64,000 bases of DNA from Candidatus Bathyarchaeota archaeon (GCA_963733095.1 CAVTBV010000004.1:1-64000), one strand, 5' to 3'; positions 46,590 to 57,238 are shown, counted from the first letter of the stretch. Numbers and translations: made by a program. The notes: generated by a model not told the origin, from the letters alone.

Positions 46590-47828
46590 ATGATGCTCAA
46601 CATTTACAACACGTTAACGAGGAAAACCGAACAGTTCCAACCAGCAGAAGACATGCTGATTAAAATGTACACATGTGGACCCTCAACCTACCAACCTGCC
46701 CACATCGGAAACTACCGCACTTTTCTCTTCGAAGACATCTTTCAACGTTACCTCGAATACTTAGGGTACAAAGTAACTCGACTGATGACCCTAACCGACG
46801 TAGAAGACAAGGCGATTGAGCAAGCTAAAAAAGAAAACATAACCGTTGAAGAGTTAACACGTAAAAACGAAGCAGTTTTCTTCAAGGATTTCGAAGCTTT
46901 GAAAATTAAAAAGCCCGATTACCCAGTGAGGGCTTCAACAGCGGTAGACCAAGCAGCAAAACTAATCACACAATTAGTCGATAAAGGCTATGCCTACTGG
47001 AACACCTACAACGGCGCCCAAAACGTCTATTTTGACCCCAAAAAATTCAAGGGGTTCGGCAAACTTTCCAATTTAGACATGAGTAAGTGGCCCAAAAAGA
47101 AACGCCGCTTCCACAAAGACACCTATCCGGGAACACCTTGGAACCTTGGGGACTTTGTGCTTTGGCACGGATGCGAGGAACAGGGATTCTGTTACCAAAC
47201 GCCGATTGGCAATGGTCGACCCGCATGGAATATTCAAGATGCATCCATCATAACTAAACATCTGGGCTTCACCGTTGATGTTGGATGTGGCGGAATCGAC
47301 AATTTAGTCAGGCATCATGACTACACTATTGCTGTTATGGAAGCGGTTTCGGGTAAGCATTCCTCAAGGTACTGGCTGCACGGCGCCCACCTGTTTGTCG
47401 ATAGCAAAAAGATGTCTAAAAGTAAAGGCAACGTGTACTACCCAAACGACCTCCTAGCCAAAGGTTTCAGCGCCGAACAGCTAAGGTTCTTCCTTATCTA
47501 CGCACCATATCGGAAAAAACTAAACTTCACCTTTGAAAAGTTGAAAAAGACAAGTCAAAGGCTGGATTCATTTAAAGGCATGGTTTCGGAGTTGGAGAAA
47601 ACAAAGTCGACGAGCCAAACTGAAAAACAAGTACGCCTCACAAGCAAAATTACCGTCGATTTTGAAGAGCACATGAACAACGATTTGGACGTAAAATCTG
47701 CATTCGATAGCCTGTATGAAACAACAAATCAACTTTATGAGATGCGGGAGTCGTTGAGTTCAAAAGATGTAAAAAATGTGTTGAGTAATTTGCACAGGGT
47801 TGATGGAGTGCTTCAATGTATTCTTTAG
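46590..47828 (+). CDS. Cysteinyl-tRNA synthetase paralog (altered active site, no anticodon-binding domain)
   Basis: CGP..Y...HIGN, TDVEDK, DFVLW, GRPAWNIQD, GG.D....HH, KMSKS, MNNDL; ends at 412 aa. Confidence 0.85.
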   Translation: MMLNIYNTLTRKTEQFQPAEDMLIKMYTCGPSTYQPAHIGNYRTFLFEDIFQRYLEYLGYKVTRLMTLTDVEDKAIEQAKKENITVEELTRKNEAVFFKDFEALKIKKPDYPVRASTAVDQAAKLITQLVDKGYAYWNTYNGAQNVYFDPKKFKGFGKLSNLDMSKWPKKKRRFHKDTYPGTPWNLGDFVLWHGCEEQGFCYQTPIGNGRPAWNIQDASIITKHLGFTVDVGCGGIDNLVRHHDYTIAVMEAVSGKHSSRYWLHGAHLFVDSKKMSKSKGNVYYPNDLLAKGFSAEQLRFFLIYAPYRKKLNFTFEKLKKTSQRLDSFKGMVSELEKTKSTSQTEKQVRLTSKITVDFEEHMNNDLDVKSAFDSLYETTNQLYEMRESLSSKDVKNVLSNLHRVDGVLQCIL

Positions 47829-48073
47829 ACGAGTTCGCCTACAAGCTTTACTCTTGTGAACGTTTCTTCGCGGTGCGGGGCCATCTCAAGTTCTTCAGTT
47901 AAGTCTTTGCCTGCATCATGCATGCCCATATGGTCGCCTTCCATCCAAAAACTGCTGTCCGTGACCTCATAGACTTTGCCTTGATAGGCTATATAGGCTG
48001 GTTTACCGTTTTTTCCATTATTTTCCTGTAGTTGTTGGCGCGTTATCTTTTTTTGTTCTGCCAAAAAATTCAC
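47825..48073 (-). CDS. Cytochrome b5-like heme/steroid-binding protein
   Basis: NGKNG.PAYIA..GKVY.VT.S..W..G.H...H.AG.DLT..L..APH. Confidence 0.88.
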   Translation of the reverse strand: MNFLAEQKKITRQQLQENNGKNGKPAYIAYQGKVYEVTDSSFWMEGDHMGMHDAGKDLTEELEMAPHREETFTRVKLVGELV

Positions 48074-48127
48074 CTTTTCTTATCTGTTAAAAGTTTGAGG
48101 AGTTTTAAATGTTTAGTGGTTGCTGGG

Positions 48128-49195
48128 TCAGTTTTTTATGATGGGACCAGATGATGCTTGATAAGCCGCGTTTATGTTGATCCTGCCAAGGTTTGTTTTG
48201 CTGTTTATGTCGATGTTGCTAAGAGAAGGGTAGTTGTCTGATTGGATTGGGGATTGTTTGCCTGAAAAATGCTGCAAGTCAGCGTTTATGCTTCCCAACT
48301 TTGTTTGTGAAATGAGTTGGGCTCCAACATCACCGTCGATGACTAACCCGACGTTTACTGAACCTAAGTCCGTAACTGCGTTGATTTGCAGTTTTCCCTG
48401 AAATGTTTTAGTTTGGGTTATATCCATGGTCACTGAGCCAGCGTTTGTTTTTAGAGCAAAGGTGTTGTTGCCTTCAACGTTGATTTGGCTCATTCGGAGA
48501 TCTATATTTCCCGCTTGGGTTCTAAGTGTCACGTTCCCCGCGATGGTGATGTTTTGCAGGTTTGCGCCTACAGTTCCAGCTGTCGATTGCAGGTTGAGGT
48601 TCTCAAAGGTTGAAGGTTTATCGGCTGTTAAGCTGACTTGCCCCGCTTGTGAGGTCACGTTGAGGTTTAGGGTTAGGGCGGTGTTAAGGTAGATGTTACA
48701 GTTAGCGTTAAGTCTTGAAAAAGCAGTAGATTCCTTGATCTTCGCAGTTATTGTTAACTCGTTGCCTACTGTATCATTGTAGAAGCTAACTTGTATTGGA
48801 CTATCACCGCTGCCAAAAACAGTTTTTGAAGCTGTCCCATCGAGCGTAATCAGGAAATTATCGTTGGAAGCATTTTGGATAAAAACATTTACTCTAAGCC
48901 CCTCCGTTTGGACGTTGAGATTTAACTTGTTAATATCAGAGGTTTTGTCTTGGTATGTTTGCCCAAAAGTTACTGTTGAGAACGGTGCAGCCAGTAAGGC
49001 AGCCATGATTATGCCTCCAACTAAGATGGCAATTAACACTATGGCTCCAATTATTATTGGGTCATTTCTGATTGGTTTCATCGGGGTTAGCGGTGGCGAA
49101 GAAGCATAAGTGGCTGGTTCGACTGGGGTTCCGCATCTGTTGCAGAAATGCGCGTCCTCATCAAGTTTTGTTCCGCATCTTCTGCAATAAGGCAC
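48128..49195 (-). CDS. Zinc-ribbon + TM + beta-strand repeat (DUF4097-like) protein
   Basis: YC..CG......FC..CG, one TM, repeated T..G.V/I motifs. Confidence 0.75.
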   Translation of the reverse strand: MPYCRRCGTKLDEDAHFCNRCGTPVEPATYASSPPLTPMKPIRNDPIIIGAIVLIAILVGGIIMAALLAAPFSTVTFGQTYQDKTSDINKLNLNVQTEGLRVNVFIQNASNDNFLITLDGTASKTVFGSGDSPIQVSFYNDTVGNELTITAKIKESTAFSRLNANCNIYLNTALTLNLNVTSQAGQVSLTADKPSTFENLNLQSTAGTVGANLQNITIAGNVTLRTQAGNIDLRMSQINVEGNNTFALKTNAGSVTMDITQTKTFQGKLQINAVTDLGSVNVGLVIDGDVGAQLISQTKLGSINADLQHFSGKQSPIQSDNYPSLSNIDINSKTNLGRININAAYQASSGPIIKN

Positions 49196-49374
49196 AGTGA
49201 AACCTCAGGCTACGAGGTATGTGTTTAAAAATTTAAGCATTTACCAAGAATTTGGCCTCAACAATTAATTGCGCATGATTGTTTTGTTCTGCAGTTTATT
49301 TTAAGTGCCCTTTCTGTTTAGTGTAAAAGCTAATAGCGACCTTTACCTACCGTTTGCTTAATACTTGGTGTCAT

Positions 49375-50652
49375 ATGGAAGAGAAGCGCGGAGAATCACC
49401 TCATATGAGAAAGAAGCTTTTAGACGAAAACGAAGAAACATACAAAACAATGGAAGAAATAGCCAGCATTGCAGACAAAGGAAAAAGCACGCTAAGCTCA
49501 ATGGGGTCCCAAAAGAAATTGCCATATTCTTTAAACGACCTGCACTTTGTACCTGCCCAAATTTCCAAAATCCCCCTCAACACAAACGAAATAGTAAACA
49601 CCCAAGTTGTCATTGGACCTCAAGCAAAAAAACCTCTGAGAGTTTCTTCTCCAATCATGTTTAGCGGAATGAGTTATGGTGCTGTATCCAAAAATGTAAG
49701 GTTAATTCTGGCAGAAGTCGCTTCAAACTTAGGAATCGGATTAAACAGTGGAGAAGATATCGTTCTAACTGAGGAGATGGATATTGCATCTAAACAGCTT
49801 ATTGTGCAGTACCCAACGATGAGGTTTGGAATCACCCAAGAAATTCTAAGAAAGAGCTCAGCGGTGGAAATCAGGTTTGGGCAAGGTGCTTTTCCTGGAT
49901 GGGAGAGCTTGTTGCCTGCAACAAAGGTGTCGCCTGAAGTAGCAAAGTTGATAGGAGAAAAGGCGGCTGAAGATGCTTTCTCACCTGCACATCATCCAGA
50001 CATAAGAAACGAATCCGAGCTTAAAGAAAAAATAAGCTGGCTAAAAGAGCTAACAAGTGGCATACCCGTGGGGGCTAAGATGGGTTGTGGGAACATAGAA
50101 ACTGATGTCGAGATTCTAGCTGAAAGCGGCGTAGATTTTATTGCACTTGATGGGTTTGGAGGAGGAACGGGCGCAACTGACTTTTTTGTCAGAGAAAACG
50201 TTGGAGTGCCCATCATCGCTGCGCTTCCAAGGGCTGACAAACATTTGAGAAAGATTGGCAAACGAAACAATGTAAGCCTTATCGCGGGAGGAGGATTAAG
50301 GACCTCAGCTGACTTCGCAAAGTGTCTTGCGTTAGGTGCAGACGCCGTTTACATTGGAACTTCGGCGCTAATTGCTATAAACTGTCAGCAATACAGAATC
50401 TGCCACACTGGACAGTGCCCCATGGGAGTCACAACAAATGACCCTGCATTGGTTCAAAGATTAGGTGTTGACGAAGGCGTTCGTCGATTGACAAATTTTA
50501 TCAATGTTTCAAATACGGAAGTTGCGAATTTTGTGAGGATTGTTGGAAAAGATGACGTAAGCAAGTTGGGGATAGAAGACCTTGTTGCTTTGAAAAGAGA
50601 TTTAGCTGAAGTCACGGGGGTTATTTGGTTAAATGGAAAAGGGTTTTCTTAA
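49375..50652 (+). CDS. FMN-binding glutamate synthase family protein (GltB2-like)
   Basis: MSYGA.S, NSGE, EI..GQGA, SP..HPD, DG..GGTG, C.Q.R.CHTG.CP.G. Confidence 0.88.
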   Translation: MEEKRGESPHMRKKLLDENEETYKTMEEIASIADKGKSTLSSMGSQKKLPYSLNDLHFVPAQISKIPLNTNEIVNTQVVIGPQAKKPLRVSSPIMFSGMSYGAVSKNVRLILAEVASNLGIGLNSGEDIVLTEEMDIASKQLIVQYPTMRFGITQEILRKSSAVEIRFGQGAFPGWESLLPATKVSPEVAKLIGEKAAEDAFSPAHHPDIRNESELKEKISWLKELTSGIPVGAKMGCGNIETDVEILAESGVDFIALDGFGGGTGATDFFVRENVGVPIIAALPRADKHLRKIGKRNNVSLIAGGGLRTSADFAKCLALGADAVYIGTSALIAINCQQYRICHTGQCPMGVTTNDPALVQRLGVDEGVRRLTNFINVSNTEVANFVRIVGKDDVSKLGIEDLVALKRDLAEVTGVIWLNGKGFS

Positions 50653-50762
50653 GACTCAGGAAGTTAGTTTATACTAAACTTGGATATTGGGACGTATTGT
50701 CCCTGTTTTGGTACAATTCATTTTAAATACGCGTGGTGCTAACGATTTGTTGGAGATAGAGT

Positions 50763-52457
50763 TTGCCTGAAAAAGTTTTAGTTACATCCGCTTGGCCATA
50801 CATTAACGTCACCCCACACCTTGGCAACCTCGTCGGCTCCGTCTTGTCCGCCGATGTTACAGCCCGATACTACCGCCTAAAGGGCAGTGACGTTTTGATG
50901 GTGAGCGGTTCAGACACACATGGCACACCCATCGAGGTAGAAGCCATAAAACAAGGAATAACACCCAAAGAATTAACTGACCGCAACCACGCCAAAGTAT
51001 CCGAACTACTCCGACGATGGGGCGCCTCCTTCGATAACTACACCAGCACCGAAAGCTCAATCCACAAAGAATTCGTCCAAAAAACCCTCCTCGAAATCCA
51101 AAAGAACGGTTACATATTCGCTCAAGACACCCAAATGCTCTACTGTGAAACCGACCAACGCTTCTTGCCCGACCGCTTCGTAGAAGGCAAATGCCCCTAT
51201 TGCGGCTGCGAAAAAGCCCGCGGCGACCAATGCGACATCTGCGGCAAACTCTTGGAACCCACCGCTTTAGTAGACCCGTACTGCGTTATATGCAAGAACA
51301 AACCCACAGTGAAAACCACGCGGCACTGGTACATCGACCTCACAAAACTTTCCAAACCCTTAACTGAATACTTAAAAAACAACCCTCAACTTCCAACTAA
51401 CGTCAAAAATTTTAGTTTAAACTGGATAAAAGAAGGTTTAAAACCCCGAGCCGTCACCCGCGACATCGAATGGGGGATTCCCGCGCCGTTTGAGGGTGCA
51501 CAAGGCAAAACCATCTATGTTTGGGTTGATGCAGTTTTAGGCTATGTTTCTGCGACTATTGAGCAGTGCCAGCGGTTGGGGCAGCCTGAAAAGTGGCGTG
51601 AGTTCTGGTTCGACAAGCAAACCAAGACATTATACTTTGTGGGTAAAGACAACATTCCCTTCCACACCATAATCCTGCCAGCGCTACTGTTGGCTTCAGG
51701 GCAAGGATATAACTTGCCATGGAATGTTTCTGCCACCGAATTCCTCCAGTTCCGCGGACAAAAAGCCTCCAAGAGCCAGCGCGTGGGCATCTGGATAGAC
51801 GAAGCCTTAGAAATGTTCCTCGTGGATTACTGGCGATTTTTCCTCATTGCCACACGCCCGGAGAGCAAAGACACAAATTTCACCTGGACAGCATTCGCCG
51901 AGAAAATTAACGCCGACCTAAACGATACCTTCGGCAACTTTATCCACCGCACCCTATCATTCATAAACAGCAAATTCGACGGGCAAATCCCAGCGCCAAC
52001 TAAACTTGACAAAGACGACGAAGCTATACTGCAAATAGTTAAAGAAAAGGTAGAGCAAGCTGCCAAGGAGATTGAAGATTCATGGCTTCAATCCGCCGCT
52101 AATACGCTCATCGCCATAAGTCGTATCGGAAACCAGTACTTAAACACCAAAGAACCCTGGAACCTGATGAAAACCGACAAGGAAAAAGCTGGAACCATCT
52201 TCTACGTGGCAACACAAGTGGTCAAGGCAATCGCCGTGGTATCTGAGCCTTTCATGCCGCAAACGGCGCAACAGCTTTGGCAAACATTAAACCTGCCCGA
52301 AAGCGTAGGCAAAAGCAGTTGGAGCGACGCAATTAAACCCATAGAAGCAGGACACAAAATCGCCAAGCCCACACCGCTATTCCACAAAATCGAAGCCGAC
52401 GAAACTAAACTCGATGAGCTGCTGGCACAGATAAGAGCTGAGGCACCTCCAAAATAG
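50763..52457 (+). CDS. metG: Methionyl-tRNA synthetase
   Basis: SAWPY.N..PHLGN, GSD.HG, Zn knuckles, YVW.DA..GY, GKDNI.FH, KASKS. Confidence 0.95.
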   Translation: MPEKVLVTSAWPYINVTPHLGNLVGSVLSADVTARYYRLKGSDVLMVSGSDTHGTPIEVEAIKQGITPKELTDRNHAKVSELLRRWGASFDNYTSTESSIHKEFVQKTLLEIQKNGYIFAQDTQMLYCETDQRFLPDRFVEGKCPYCGCEKARGDQCDICGKLLEPTALVDPYCVICKNKPTVKTTRHWYIDLTKLSKPLTEYLKNNPQLPTNVKNFSLNWIKEGLKPRAVTRDIEWGIPAPFEGAQGKTIYVWVDAVLGYVSATIEQCQRLGQPEKWREFWFDKQTKTLYFVGKDNIPFHTIILPALLLASGQGYNLPWNVSATEFLQFRGQKASKSQRVGIWIDEALEMFLVDYWRFFLIATRPESKDTNFTWTAFAEKINADLNDTFGNFIHRTLSFINSKFDGQIPAPTKLDKDDEAILQIVKEKVEQAAKEIEDSWLQSAANTLIAISRIGNQYLNTKEPWNLMKTDKEKAGTIFYVATQVVKAIAVVSEPFMPQTAQQLWQTLNLPESVGKSSWSDAIKPIEAGHKIAKPTPLFHKIEADETKLDELLAQIRAEAPPK

Positions 52458-52467
52458 AGGCTAACTG

Positions 52468-53130
52468 ATGCAGATAAAAGCAGACCTCCACGTTCACACA
52501 ACATACAGCAAAGATTCACTCATAACCCCCAAAGACCTCGTTTACTACGCTAAAAAGTGTGGGTTGAACGCTGTCGCAGTCACAGACCACAACCAACTCG
52601 ATGGCGCCTACAAGATCGCCGAAGAAACCGATTTTTTAATCATTCCAGGCATGGAAGTGTCCAGTGCTGACGGACACATAGTTGCGCTTAACGTACATGA
52701 ACTCATACCTCGCGGTTTAAGTGCCGTCGAGACGGTTGAGCGAATCCATAATGCAGGTGGAATTGCAATCGCCTGCCACCCCTTTGTCCTGTTCAAGGGA
52801 TGCCTAAAAGAAAACGTCGGCGAAACCTTTGACGCCATCGAAATCATAAACGCCCGAGCATTTCCCTTCAAAAGAAGCATAAAGAAGGCTACTGAAACGG
52901 CTGAGCGCTTAAATCTTTCTTGCGTGGCTGGAACCGACGCGCATTATGGTCCCCAAATCGGCTATGGCTATACTGTCATCGAAGCATCTGAACCGAGTGT
53001 GGAAGCCATAACAAAAGCCATCGTGGAGGGACATTGCCAACCCTTTGGCAGACCAGTACCAGTCACATTGAACCTTATGCAAGAGTTTCAACGGATAAAA
53101 CGCAGGTTAAAAATAGGCAACCGCGTTTAA
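52468..53130 (+). CDS. PHP domain phosphoesterase
   Basis: DLHVHT..S.D, TDHN, GMEVS, GH, CHP, GTDAH. Confidence 0.88.
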   Translation: MQIKADLHVHTTYSKDSLITPKDLVYYAKKCGLNAVAVTDHNQLDGAYKIAEETDFLIIPGMEVSSADGHIVALNVHELIPRGLSAVETVERIHNAGGIAIACHPFVLFKGCLKENVGETFDAIEIINARAFPFKRSIKKATETAERLNLSCVAGTDAHYGPQIGYGYTVIEASEPSVEAITKAIVEGHCQPFGRPVPVTLNLMQEFQRIKRRLKIGNRV

Positions 53131-53165
53131 GCAGATTCACGCTTAAGATAATCTACACTTAGTTA

Positions 53166-53960
53166 TTACGCGGAATTAAGCCGGAAAGCCAACATATCCA
53201 AACCAATCTTCTTCGCATCCCGAACAGGATTAACTTTTGAGGCGCCTTTTTCCCGCTCAGACCATTGAACCGCCACTTCAGCCACGGGGAACCCAAGTTT
53301 TTTGCACCGCACAATCATTTCCGTATCAAAGAAATAGCCGTCAGATTTGGAAACGTTGAGCACTGCTTCGGCAACTTCACGATTCATCGTTTTGAATCCG
53401 CATTGGTGGTCGTGGATTCCGTCAAGAAAAAGCAGGCGCACAGCCAAATTATAGGTTAGACTAAACAGAGTCCGCGAAAAACTGCGTTGCACACGTGAGC
53501 CCTCAACGTGCCTTGAACCGATAGCCATGCCACCGTTCTTCTTAACTACCTGAAGAAGCTGAGGTAAACATTCAAGGTTAGTGGCTAAGTCAACATCCAT
53601 GAAAGTTATGATTTTGCCTCTGGAAAAGCTAAGGGCGTTTTTTATGCCTTTGCCTTTTCCCAAGCGTGTGGGTGAATGCAGCAGAAACAGGTTAGGGTTG
53701 CGTTTAGCCATCTTCGCCACGATAGCATCTGTGCCGTCGGTGCTGCCGTCTTCGGACACGATTATCTCGTAGGATTTTGAAAAAGAACGAACAGCCCCCT
53801 CAACTTCAAGGACGCATTTTTCAATCTGTGCCGCTTCGTTGTAAGCTGGCAGAAGGATTGAAATTTCTTTGTCAGGTACCCCACGCTTCAATTCGTTATT
53901 CGCCCTTTCCAAACTGGAAAAACAAAGCATTCTTAACCATAAATGAATTGTGTATCTCAC
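53166..53960 (-). CDS. GT2 polyprenol-phosphate glycosyltransferase (DPM/DPG synthase-like)
   Basis: PAYNE, EDGSTDGT, GKG, MDVD, GSR, D.QCGFK, FDTE; the true start may lie downstream. Confidence 0.88.
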   Translation of the reverse strand: MRYTIHLWLRMLCFSSLERANNELKRGVPDKEISILLPAYNEAAQIEKCVLEVEGAVRSFSKSYEIIVSEDGSTDGTDAIVAKMAKRNPNLFLLHSPTRLGKGKGIKNALSFSRGKIITFMDVDLATNLECLPQLLQVVKKNGGMAIGSRHVEGSRVQRSFSRTLFSLTYNLAVRLLFLDGIHDHQCGFKTMNREVAEAVLNVSKSDGYFFDTEMIVRCKKLGFPVAEVAVQWSEREKGASKVNPVRDAKKIGLDMLAFRLNSA

Positions 53961-54156
53961 ACAAATTTTGACGCCGACGCCCTAGGGCTATCACAAACTC
54001 TTTTTAGATGCCACCACTAATTCTCATCCTAAAAAGGGGTCGCTAAACATCACCTCATCAACTGGCACTAGCGAGCAGCCTCCATTTAGAAAAGCGAAGC
54101 TAGGTCAGCGACCCAAAACCAGCCTGCGTCAAAAGTGGCAGGCAACTGTTGCTTTC

Positions 54157-55740
54157 ATGGAAAAATACCATTATCGACCTGTACTTCTAATTTTCTTGGT
54201 TATTTTTGCGGTTGCTGTCCTGTATAATCTGGGTTATATGTCGGTACAATGGGACGAAATGCCTCATTTGAACGGCGGCTTGCTTCTCAGTCGGGGGCAA
54301 ACATGGGATTACATGACAACCTACGGTTACTACCCGCCCATCTTTGACCTTGTAACTACGGGTTACTTCCAAATCTTTGGGGCAAACCAGGTTGCAGGAC
54401 GTTTGGTGGCGGTGGCTTTTTCGTTGTTGTCGATTTTGGTTTTGTTCGAGTTTTCCAAGAAAACCTACGGACCCAAAAACGCCTTAATCGCAGCCGTTCT
54501 ACTGGGGACGATGCCAGGGTTCTTTTGGCTCTCAAGAGTAACCATGCTAGAAACCATGCTTATCTTCTTCTTCACTCTGGTGATGTTTACTTTCTATTCA
54601 TGGTTAGCAAAGGACACCTACAAAACGCTGCTCTTTAGCGGCTTAGCCATAGGCATAGGTGTTTTAGCTAAATATCAGATTGTTGTTGCTGCCATTGCCA
54701 TGTTGTTGAGTATCCTGTTTCTGAGCCGAAAACGGTTGAAACTGAGCTTGGCAAAATTGCTATTGATTTTTGTGATTGTGGTTTTGGTTGTGGTGCCTTG
54801 GTTTGTGATGATTTACCATTATGATGGAGTCACAAAGTTCCAGACCCTACAGTATGTTATGACTGAAGGCGGCCAAGACCGCCCAGCCTACAGCAACCGA
54901 TTCCAACCCACCCCAATATTCTACCTTGTCGAGATGACATGGCCCTTCAACGACATACCTGTCCACCCGATTTCGCTGCCGATTTTCGCTTTAGGATTAT
55001 GTGGCTTAGGATTGTTTGCTTACCGAAGAAAAAAACAAGATATCTTCTTTCTCACATGGTTTGTAGTGGTTTATGTTTTCTTCACCCTTATTCCCAACAG
55101 GCAATGGCGGTATGTAACGCCGCTTTTTCCGATTTTAGCCGTTTCAGCCGCCTCCTTCATATTTTTCCTCTACGGAAGAGTCCGCGCATGGAAGCCAAGG
55201 CAGGTAGGCTTCAAGGCAGACCGCTCAAAGAAGCTGGCAGCCGCATTCTTTATTGTCGTAATAGCGTCAGCGATTGCTTACGCCAGCTACGATTCGTACC
55301 TGATGACTGCCAGAGACCAAATACACATCCCCATCCAAGAAGCAACCAACTATCTAGCAGCCCACATGGACCAAAACCAATCGGCAGTGCTTGTGTGTGC
55401 TTTCAACCTGCTCGACCAAGATATGTTCCGTTTCTACCAGCCCCCAACCATGTCCAGCGACCAAATTTGGCAGTACCCAGCTCTGGCGGTTGATGCGTTT
55501 ACGCCCAACTTTAACATAACTGAATTCGTCAGTCTCTGTCAAGAACGCAACGTCAAGTACATCATTCTTTTTGATTGGGGACCACACACAACCTTCTTCA
55601 ACACAACGCTCGATTATGCCCAGGTTCAAACTTTGATTTATAACACACATAGGTTCGGAGACCCACAAGACCAGCCGTTTTTCGGTGAATTCTCAAACAA
55701 TAAAGGCTTTAGGCTATTTTTGGTTCGATTTTTGGGTTAA
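54157..55740 (+). CDS. GT-C membrane glycosyltransferase (ArnT/PMT-like)
   Basis: WDE, YPP, R, LAKY, RY..P; multiple TMs. Confidence 0.82.
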   Translation: MEKYHYRPVLLIFLVIFAVAVLYNLGYMSVQWDEMPHLNGGLLLSRGQTWDYMTTYGYYPPIFDLVTTGYFQIFGANQVAGRLVAVAFSLLSILVLFEFSKKTYGPKNALIAAVLLGTMPGFFWLSRVTMLETMLIFFFTLVMFTFYSWLAKDTYKTLLFSGLAIGIGVLAKYQIVVAAIAMLLSILFLSRKRLKLSLAKLLLIFVIVVLVVVPWFVMIYHYDGVTKFQTLQYVMTEGGQDRPAYSNRFQPTPIFYLVEMTWPFNDIPVHPISLPIFALGLCGLGLFAYRRKKQDIFFLTWFVVVYVFFTLIPNRQWRYVTPLFPILAVSAASFIFFLYGRVRAWKPRQVGFKADRSKKLAAAFFIVVIASAIAYASYDSYLMTARDQIHIPIQEATNYLAAHMDQNQSAVLVCAFNLLDQDMFRFYQPPTMSSDQIWQYPALAVDAFTPNFNITEFVSLCQERNVKYIILFDWGPHTTFFNTTLDYAQVQTLIYNTHRFGDPQDQPFFGEFSNNKGFRLFLVRFLG

Positions 55741-56180
55741 CATTCTAGAAATTCAAAGCCTGTTTCCTTGTTCTTTTCCCGTTTAGCCGAGCCACCTGTT
55801 AACTCGAGAATCACAACCTCACCTATTTGCCAAACGTCCACACCCATACGAACGCAACCGGTGATGGCTTTGTCGTTTCTGCCAAAACTAGCATGCATAT
55901 GCAACTTGGGGGTTCCTTCTTGGTCTGTAAAGATTGTACCTACCCCGCAGCCTTCATGGACACCCTTCAAAAGCGTAACCATAGGCTGAGGAGGCATCGC
56001 ATTGCCTTCTTTTGGTCCCACAACGACTTTGCTTTTATCCTGTGCGCCACCAAGGAAGAAGCAGAGGGCGCTTTTGATTTGTTTTTGGGCTGCAAATTTC
56101 TCTATCACTTCGTGGAGTCGTTCGTCGTTGTGGAGTCTTATGATAAAGATTCTTCCGAGGTTTGCTTCGGTGTAATTCAA
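55737..56180 (-). CDS. PPC/DUF296 domain protein
   Basis: GR.F..RL, LGG, G.GTI, LHMH..FG, GE. Confidence 0.85.
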   Translation of the reverse strand: MNYTEANLGRIFIIRLHNDERLHEVIEKFAAQKQIKSALCFFLGGAQDKSKVVVGPKEGNAMPPQPMVTLLKGVHEGCGVGTIFTDQEGTPKLHMHASFGRNDKAITGCVRMGVDVWQIGEVVILELTGGSAKREKNKETGFEFLEC

Positions 56181-56573
56181 GGTTTATGCCTCTTTCGTGT
56201 TTAAAACGGAGAGTATCAAGTATAAAAGAATTGAATTATGGAAAACTGTTCTGCTTAAAAAGAAGCTTGTGCTTATATTCTGTTTAAGTAGAGTGTTTTT
56301 TGGGCGTCTTCTTTTCTTTTCTGTGAAGGCACGGTTGGTTTGCTGGCGTCTGCTGTTGTAACCGTTATTTTGGTGGTTATTTGGCAGTTTGAGCGGTGCC
56401 TTGCTTCATTTTTCTGTGACATATTTTTCGACCTCTTGAAGAGCCATCGATGTGGCAAGTTGCACTTATAAACTTTATTCTAATTTTAAAAATGTGCTTT
56501 GAATTAATAAATGGTTGTAAATGAAAAATATGACACACGCATAGGCAGTTTATTCTACACAGCATTATAATAG

Positions 56574-57172
56574 TTAGCGCTTGAAACGGTCATTTCTCCA
56601 CACATCAGCGCTGTCACTGTACCCCCGCCGCTCCCAAAAACCAAGTTCCTTGCCCTAGTAAACCGCAAACGCACAACCCAGAGCGCACTCTTATACGCAT
56701 ACTTACTCGGCACAATCAAACGTACAGGAAAACCCAACCCCTCATCCAACACCTCACCATTAAGCTTGTACGCCAACAACACATCATCACAAGCAAGCTC
56801 CTCACGGAAGAGCGAAGTCGTATATATGTCGGCACACTCAAAAGTCACAGCACGCGCCACATCCTTTGGCTTAACAAGTTTTTCGATGTCTTTAATTTTG
56901 ACGCCTTCCCACTTGCAATCCAAAACACTCCAGCCCTCCACACAGTGAAAATCGCTGATGGAAACGGTTTTGGGAAGTTGCATAAAATCGTTCCAGCTTA
57001 GCTTCAAGGGGTTTTCTACTTCACCGTCAACGGTCAGCATGTAGGTTTCCAGTTGCACTTGTGGGTTGGTTGAGGTTATTCCCGGATGGTCTTTTCCCCA
57101 GCGTAAGATTCTGTCAGTAACCTGCTGGTCGGGCGGCAACCTGCTTTTATGTTTACTATCCAAAATAATCAC
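56574..57172 (-). CDS. Molybdopterin-dependent oxidoreductase (sulfite oxidase/MsrP-like), frameshift near 56653-56655
   Basis: RLPP.Q, DFHCVEGWS, WEGV, G.P.RL..P..YAYKS..W; the expected tail GFWERRGY...ADVW..DRF is in the shifted frame. Confidence 0.85.
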
Positions 57173-57238
57173 TAAGATACATACCGTTTAGGGAAAAGAA
57201 AAAGTTTGCTCAGGTAACTGGAAACGTTGACAGAATAG

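Noticed and set aside
50763-52457. KASKS motif and missing C-terminal tRNA-binding domain in MetRS
   Set aside because: Within known variation of MetRS.
21559-55740. Repeated 0-4 bp tail-to-tail junctions (21559, 26090, 47825, 55737)
   Set aside because: Ordinary compaction of convergent genes in archaea.
56273-56458. 61-aa ORF downstream of the Mo-oxidoreductase
   Set aside because: No motif and low complexity; cannot be supported as coding.
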